DNA from: an uncultured Christensenella sp.
Lineage (GTDB): Bacteria; Bacillota; Clostridia; Christensenellales; DTU072
Direction: 5' to 3'
DNA: 34,662 nt
Assembly: GCA_964450015.1 (NCBI GenBank)
Contig: CAYVEU010000002.1
Span: forward strand, 1 to 34,662
Within the stretch, counting starts at the first letter, position 1, and every line of letters starts with the position of its first letter. Below the pieces are notes generated by a model that did no database searches, was not told the origin of the DNA, and saw only the letters and a program-made list of their open reading frames with translations. This document shows, piece after piece, positions 6,433-15,400 of the stretch. Both the position numbers and the translations under genes were made by a program.

Positions 6433-9400
6433 ATGAATAAAGGCAGGTTTGGAAAAGTTTTGATATTAATAGCGGCGCTGTTACTGTGCGCGCTCGTTTT
6501 TTCCGCCTGTGAACTTTCCGATCCCGACCGCGGCAATAAATACTATATCAACGACAACGAGTTCAACAAGGTCAACAACGTCAGCAGCGAGGACAAAAAT
6601 TCCGCAATAAACCACGTCACCGACGGTATTACGAATTTGCGCAAGTATTTGGATTCCGACGTTGTGTCCAGTACCGGTTATTATATGGGGTTGGAATTTA
6701 ACGTCGACACCTTGGATCCCGATACGGACGAGGGCGGCAACTTCCGTTTGAAAATACAGGCGCACTTGTTTACTTTTAAGTACGAGAACGACGACGGCAC
6801 GCCCGTCAACAGGTTCTACGACGAGAGCGACGGACAAATTTACGACGAGCAAAAATACGACGAAAACGGCAAGCCCACGCGTTTGACGGCCGAAGAGTAC
6901 CACAACAAACTGATAAAGAAAAGCGATATACTCATCGAATGGTACAACGGCACGACCAACGAAATGCTGATAGGGTTCTATTTCGATGGACAGAACGACG
7001 GCGCGGAAGACGACGGCAACGTGCTGTATCTCAACTTGCAGGGCGCAAAGAGAAGCTTTGACAAATTCGGCGATACGGTCTTATACAGGCAGCTTATACG
7101 TTTGCTCATGAACCTATCGGTGGAAAAATTGCTGACGGCGGGCAACTTGCAGGGCGACGCGGGCGTCGGCAGCTTGCAAAACATATTCCAAATGGCTGTA
7201 AGAGATACCGGCTATAAGGTAGTAATCAACGGCGACGTTTGGAGCACGCTTTTCGAACGTTTGAACGGTACCGACATGCTCGCTCCGAACTTTACCGATA
7301 TTATTCAGGGGCTCTTCTCCCCGTTCGGAAACAAAATCGACCCGTTTACGTCCAAATATCTGGGCTTCGCGTTCTCGGTCGTGGGAAGCGCGGTCATTCA
7401 GAGCCTCGCAAGCGATATGCAGTTCTTTACCGGACCCGATCCGGTGGCTTCTACCGAAATAATGACGGGCGCATACATGGCTTTCTCGGGCACGGCGCTT
7501 TCGGACGAACGGGTGTATAACTACGTTTCGGATATTTCTTTCGACTACGGTCTTTATCCGCCCGACGATATGAAACTCGACAGGGATTTCTACGTTCCTT
7601 ACGAATACGGTCAATACGAGTTTACCGGCAATTTGTATATTCCGCTTATCAACAGCAATTTCGACGCGTTGATAAGAACGGATATGCAACAGTACGACAA
7701 CTCGACCAACAACGTGTTTATGGAGTTCAGGGACATCGCAAACGGCGAGCTTATGATAGGCGCGTATTACAGGAACGAACGGTCGTATATCGATATTTCC
7801 GGTTTGGAATACCTCTACGGCTGGATAGACTTGAACGAATTGGGCTTCCCGAAAGTCTACGACGAGAGTTTGAACTTAGCCGAGCTTTTGGCGTCTATGT
7901 TCAAGGGAATAAACGACGGTATCGTCAGCATAGTCGACTCTATTTTAAGCCCCAATTCCAACGACAAGGAAAACCATTTACTCGAATATATCATGGCGAA
8001 CATCACGCCGCACTTCAAAGACCCGAACGACGTATTTACGTATAACGGCGAAACGCTGCTCGTCGATATGCAGCTTATCAAAGACTTTTTGCGGGAAACC
8101 GGCAACGGAACGTATACGACGAGACAAATCATCAATAATTTAGACTCCATGCTTCCGTACACGATGGACCAAATAGCTATCATGCTCGGCGTGCCGAGCG
8201 CGGAAGTCATGCTCGACAACTCGTATTTTAATATTACTTGGAACGTCGATACCAACGAGATTATTATAGAGCTGTTCACCAACGTCGGCGTTAAAGAGGG
8301 CGAGAGTTCGACGCTTATCTTCCAATTGTCCTTAATTCCCGTCGTAGTCGGACAAAAAGTGAACATCGCAAATATCAATTTCGAGCCGTTTAAACCGTTG
8401 CAGGATATTTACACGTATTCGGCGACGATGGACGGCAATTTCTATTTCAGCGCGGCGGAAACGGTCGATTTGTCGAAACTTTTGTCGGCGACGATAGCCG
8501 AGAACTCGGGACTTAACACGCAGTATCAGCTGGAAAGCAACGCGGGACTCACTTTCGAGCTCGTCTACGACCAGTTTGTAAAAGACCCGCCCGATTACAC
8601 GGGCAAGAACCGAGCGGGCAGGAGCGCGTTCGAGCTCAACGTTTGGCTGATAGTCAACGAGAATAAACAGATTGCCACGTCGGGCGACTATGCGGACAAC
8701 TGGACCAAAAGCGGACTCGTCATATCTCTTGCGTCCGACGACGTTGCGTTCAACAACGAGGTTTACAATGACCCGACGAGGGTAGGCGAACTCGGTTACG
8801 TTTGGGTCAGCATAGAATGTCTCACCGAAAAGGGCGTGCAAAAGATTCCGAAAGTGAAGATACGCGAGGACCACTTTATGAGTTCCATGCATGCGTATTT
8901 CAACGGCACGAGCATATCCGACGACGCGGCGGAACTCGGCAACACGGACGTAAACCTGAGCATAACGAGCATACTGTTTGCGCTTATAGAGGACAGTTAC
9001 GTCGTTATGGAACCCGAGCAAATGGAGATAACGTCGAGCAACGAAACGCTCCAAAACCTCTTCAAAGTAAAAGGCCTTATCGGCAATATCCGCGCAAACG
9101 CGGGATTCAGACAGAGAGTTTCGGGACTTGAAAACATAAAGAACGAATACGGCATGTATCAAGTCGGGCAGTTTGAGGACATGGAGAGTCCCAACCCCTA
9201 TGTCACCGTTTTGCACGACACGATACCCGTATATTTCTACGACGATTACAGCGAACTGTACCACTTCCTCGATTACGATTTCCGCGTAGACCCGATAACG
9301 GGCGTTATTCAAATGTATAGAAAAGGCGGACAGGTCGAGATTGCCCGCGAGGACCCCATTCAGTATGCGGGCGACTCCTTCTACAACAACGAGGACGACA

Positions 9401-12400
9401 ACAATCAGGACGTATCGCAGGTCAAATTCCGTATACAAAAGCTGCCGTTCATTTATATGGTCGGCGAGAAGTACTGCTATATCGACTACGAAGGCAACGA
9501 AGTCGTCATAGACGAGGCGAGCGGGTACTTAGAGCACGCGATTCAAGTCGACGGCTCCGTCATAACGTACGTAAAGTACGCGGGACTACGCGATAAAGTT
9601 TATTGGTTGGGCGGCACAAAATACTGCTATTTCGACGAAAGTTTCGCATTGACCGACGAAAAAGGCGACTACGTTTATCTCTTGCCGAGAAGCGAAAGAG
9701 ATATGCTTTTCGAATACGATTTGTTAAGCATAGAGATAACCAAAGACTGTAAAGAGCAATACGCGCCCAGAATAAACGGCAGCTTTATGGGCGAGATACG
9801 CCGCTATATTTTGAGAATGACGGACGCGGGGTATTCGGTTACGCTCGGAAGTATAATCGAGCTCGTCAACGCCGACGTCGACGAAAACGGCACGGGACGG
9901 TTCTACTGCGACGAGGACAGAGAGAACAAAATTCAAATTTACGACGAAGACGGAGTGTTGATAGGCGAACCCGACGCTCCGATAGGCTTGTACGTCATGG
10001 AGCCGAGCGAGCCGCTCGCGGACATGATAGACGTAAATATGCAAGTCGGCGGCGCCGAGGCGGTTCTTGCCTTGCCCGCGGCGTTCGATATAGACTGGGA
10101 CAGCGTTACGCTCAAAGGACTTATGACGGTCACCGAAGTTACCGTTGCGCCGGGGACGATGGGCGAAGCTACTTTCCCCGTCCGCATAATCGTAACCAAC
10201 AGAGAGATAAGCAAGATAGACGTTACGACCGTATTTACCGAAAATTCCGAAAAAATGACCCAAGACGTGCCGGTCGTTGACGCAATAGACGTCGACCCGT
10301 ACGACTTTATCCTTGCAAAGAACGAGTTCTTTATGGATATAAGGAACTTCAACCCCGAAAACTATTCGAGAGATAACGGCGAGTATTTGACGGCGTTCCG
10401 CGCAAAAGAGAAAGAATTTATCAATCTCTTCTTCTCGAACAAGCGCTTCACCATCAACTTCGACTATGAAAACAGCAACCTTGCGTTGCAAAACGTCAAA
10501 GAAGAGTACTGGGCAAAGAGCTTCGACAATATTGCGGACAAGGAGCTGTTCGATTGGAATTTCGACGCGTATGAGGGCGGCAACAACCTGGAAAGCATGA
10601 TAACGACCGACGGAGTAGTGCTGTATCTGCACACATATTTCCGCGGGCAGCTGATAGCTTTGCGCGTGAATTTCCAACGCAGGAAGCTCGTATTGGTGCA
10701 TTTCGGCGAGAACGATACCTTCGGCGTGGATAAAAACGGCAATATCGACCCGAGCGTAGAGGAAGTCAACGCGGGGCTGGACCCGAGCGACGCCGGATAT
10801 ATCTTCGGACAGTACGTCGCCAACTATTTCGACGAGGAAACGTATACGCTGCCCGATTTGAGCGACGTGACGAGAATAGACAATCTCATCTTCATTTTCT
10901 TGGACGAAAACGGGCGTTACGTCGAAAAACGGTTCGATTTCAGCTATATTAACGGCTTGAAAGACAACGGCAACTACAACAGCGAGCATTACGTTTTGAC
11001 GTGGGGCGATCCCGTCATCAAGCACATCGGCTCCAACGGCTCGTACCACTACAAAAAATATATACCCGGTTATTATAAGACCGAGAGACAAGACGGCGAG
11101 GGGAATACGTACGTGACCGTCGACGGAGTGGAGTACAAAGTTGTCGAGTTTACCGACGACGAAACGGGAGCAACCGCCGAGTACTTAGGCGACGCAGACA
11201 CGGGCGAAAGAGTGCTCTTTAACCGTCCGTTTGACGAATGGGTGGGCTTGCGCGACGAAAACGGCACCGTTATCGAAGAGTACGACCCGATTGAGGAAGT
11301 CGACACCGACGTGACGAGCACGAGTATCAACTGGATAGACGTATTCGCTATCTACAAAAACGCGGGCGACGACGACGACATAAAAATAAACCTCATTTCG
11401 GGCGATTCGACGTACAGCGGATTTATGAGTTCGATTATAAGAATAACCGTCAAATGCCCGCCTTTGCAAGTCGCTCTGTCCGAGAAGTCCGAATACGACA
11501 CGCTTTCGGGCGAGTTTTTCACTCCGAGCTTGGTCCAAATAGGCAGCAATACCAAAGGATATTACGACATAGACCCGCTCGTGGAGTCCACCAAGGAAAT
11601 TCCCACGACGGCGACTATCGATTTCAAGAACGTCAATAACACCGGCGCGGGAATAAGTCGCCATACGTTTACGAACATCAAGTGGTACGCGCGGTTTGTT
11701 ACGGAAGAGGTCGGCGAGGGCGATGACGCAAAAGAGATCTTCACCGGAAGGTACGACAACGCAAAGGGCGAAGTTATATTGAAGGAAATAGACGGACGGT
11801 ATTACTTTAACACCGAGGATATATCGCTTGACAAGCCGTTCATGACCCAAATAGTCGCAAGGATAGGCAGCGCGACTTCGGGCTATCAACAAATAACGCT
11901 ATGTATAAACATACTCAGCAAAGAGCCGCAGCACGTCGATTTTTATACGGGAACGACCAATAATGCGAAGAAAATAGACAGTATAGAGCGTACGGATATC
12001 AACCTGAAAAGCGACGGCGACCGCGCGACCGCGTTTGCGTTCTATACCTATTACGTCAACACGTTCGACAATTTCGCTTTGCCGGACTTCGTAAGAGCGA
12101 CGCTTGGAAGCGGCGACACGAAAAGGACGATGGATTTCAACGTGCAATGGCGCCTTGCGGACGCAGCGCAAAGTTTGTTGTTTGCGCCCAACAGTATTAT
12201 GAACCTAATTGCGACTATCGGCGACGAGGACACGCTTGACGTTTACCTTTCGGTCGTGGTCGCAAATTATACGATTTACGAAATGTCGATAATGGGCGAC
12301 GTGGGCAAAGCGTACGTTCGCGTAGGAAACGACGGCGATTTAGTCAGAATAAGCGACCTATTGCAGTACAACGTCGCAAACGGCAAGTCAGTCGGGCTTT

Positions 12401-15400
12401 ATCTCGTAGGCGGCGGCGTGACGGACGGCTATATAAGGATTAGCACGGGCAAAGAGGGCGTGGATGGCGACGTGCCCGCGGGAATGATAGGACTTTACGA
12501 AGACGAAAGAGGGGAGCAACTCATAAAAACGGTGTACCCGTACGACTTTATAAAAGAAGTATACGGCAGGCTGTCGTTGAACTTTAACACCATTGACGAG
12601 AACGGCAACGTCGCAAACGGCGGCAAGCCCGTCGATTTGCTCAATCTCGACGAGTATTACGCGATTTTCGTTACCGCAAGAGGCTCGGAAAAGAGAGTCG
12701 ATATAAAAGACGCGGTCAGCATAGGGTATACGTACAACGTCAACAACGCGCGCAACGAACTCAATATAACCTTCCTCTACGTCGAAGACGGGACCGAATA
12801 CTACCCGAAGACCGAAGACGGATTGGTGGAACTCAACAAAACGGGCGGCGGCGCGACGTTGAGAATGACGGTCAACGAACTTGCCATACACTACGCGTAC
12901 GCTACGCTCGGCAAGGATTTTGCAAACGTAGACTACTACGAAACGGCGCTCGGCGTTGTGTCGGGCGAAAACAAACCGATAAACTGGGTCAGAAACGGCG
13001 ACGGCGAATACGTGATTTGTCCCATTGGTTCCGACGAGCCTATCGAGGGCATAGAAAAAGTGTACTTTGCGGACGGAACGGTTGCGACGTACAGGGAAGT
13101 ATTATGGCAAAAGGAATTCCGCGAAGCGCATAGAAAGACCGACTTCTACGTTCTTGCGACGGAAAAGACGATGGGTATCGACAATTTGGAAGGTATTTTC
13201 TACATCAACGACGTCATCGACAGGGACGGCAGCAATTATCAGCTGATCATGGGTACCGGTAGAGGTTCTTACGATATTAACGTGAGATTGCACTTTATCG
13301 GCGGCTACAAGATGTTGAAAGATACCGACGAAAGCAACGAGATTTTCGTATATCCCTATTCGGCGGGTGGATTGGCGCAGTACGGCACCGACGGTTACGT
13401 CATGAGCGAAGAGATTTCGACGAGATTGGAAGTTGAAAATCAGGGCAATTACGAAACAAAAGATATGGATTACGGACTTGCGTACGTAGGAAGCGATCTC
13501 TTGCAAAGATGGTACGTCGAAGATTTGAACGGCAAACTGTTCAACGGCGACGGCGCGGAGATAAACGTCGGCGACTTCATAACCGTCGTGCCGCAAAGCG
13601 TGGTGTACTCGTTAAATTACGGCGAACTTACCGTAAGTACGCTTACGAAAGAGGGATTCAGAATAAGGCGCAAACTGATATTCTCGGGCAGGGCGGAAGA
13701 AGTAACGTCTTTCCACAGCATGAGCGGCTCGGCGAGTTTGGTCGTGACGAGCGGCAAAATAAGAATAAGGGATATATACGACTACGTTCCGCTCAGGAAT
13801 TATTTTGCGAACACCGCAATGCTTCCCGCCAGCGTTTCCGTGAAACTCGGCGGAGGACAGCCCGCGATAACGGTCAACGGCGTTCAATGGGTGATAGACG
13901 ACGATTGGAGAAGCCGCGTTACCGACAGAATGACCTTCCAAGGCACGCAGGACAGCGAATTTATCATGGCGACGGCGCAAGTTCTCGGTTGGGACGAGAT
14001 CACGGAAGAGGGCTTAGTCAAGCACGACACCATTACGCTCAAACTTCGTATAGAAATAGATTCGGCGGAAGCGGGGTCGTTGCCGTGGAGCGGCGGACGG
14101 TTGAACCTCGACACCACGCCTATAAAGAAAGCGGTCGAAGCGGGCGCGCAGCCGACAACGGTATTCGCAGTCGAAGTGGACGCGTTCAACGATATGTCGA
14201 GCAGCGCGGTGAGAAACGATACGTTCGTCTTGCCGACGACGGTCAGCATACAGTATAAAAACGGTATAATACATACCTTTGATTTGGAGCAAATGGGAGT
14301 GAATTTTACTTACGGCGGCGTACCGGTCACGAGTATCCCCTACAATATCCGCGGTATAGATTTGGACGCGTTGGTCAGCGAATATCCCGCCCTTAGAAGC
14401 GTCGAACGCGACTTAATTACGCTGACGCTGGACGTTGGGTTGCAGCAAAACATGGTATTCGAATTCCGTTTCTATGACAAGACCGTCGAGTCGGTGACTC
14501 CGCTTATCGAACTGGGCGACAAGCAAATAAGAGAGACGATTTCCACCGCGATGAGCGCCGTATCGGCGAGAAAAGTCAACGCGGTTGTGGATTCTATCAA
14601 CCGCACCAGAATACGCGCAAACCTCGAAGAGATAGTAAAGCAAGCGACGGCGATGCGCGACTGCGTGTACAAGAACTATCCCTATCCCACGGCGGCGGAG
14701 ATTGCGGCAAGGATAGGCAACGTGGATACGGCAAGCGCGGAGATGGTAGCCGATATGCTGAAAGGCGGTTGGCTGGCGCTCGAACCTTACGAAGACGACG
14801 ACGGCATGGCTATCGAGAGCGTGGACAAAAACAACGTAAAAACCAACGTTTACAGAGAAAAAAGCCTGTATAACTTTATTTTGGCAATAGCCAAAGACAC
14901 GGTAGAGAGGCTGTCCGCCGATTACGGCGCGTCCGTATTGCGCGCGCTCAAAGGCGGCGACGGACTCAATGCGGCGACGTATCAGCTTGAAAATTACAAA
15001 AATCAAGTGCAAAACGAAGTCTTCAACACGGCTTTGGGCAATTATTTGAAAGTAGAGCTTACGGCGCTGTTCGAAAAAGACGTCTTGAAAATGAGCGGCG
15101 AACAGTTTGCGTACACCTCGGCGTATAAAAACGCGGTGGAAGCGGCGTTCGATTACGACTCGGTAATAAGAGAAATTTACAGGATACGCGAATTGACGGG
15201 TTGCGGTATTTACAATCCGAACGGTGCCAAAGCGGCGTATATAAAACTCATAGAGGACGCGTTGGAAGCAGCAAAGGCCGCGGCTAAGAGATCCGTTTCG
15301 TGTTCGGCGGCGATAACGACGGTAGTGGACGGAATAATCGACAAGAGGCTGGGTAAAAACGCCGAGGCGGGCGGTATCTTCACCAACGACGACTATACCG

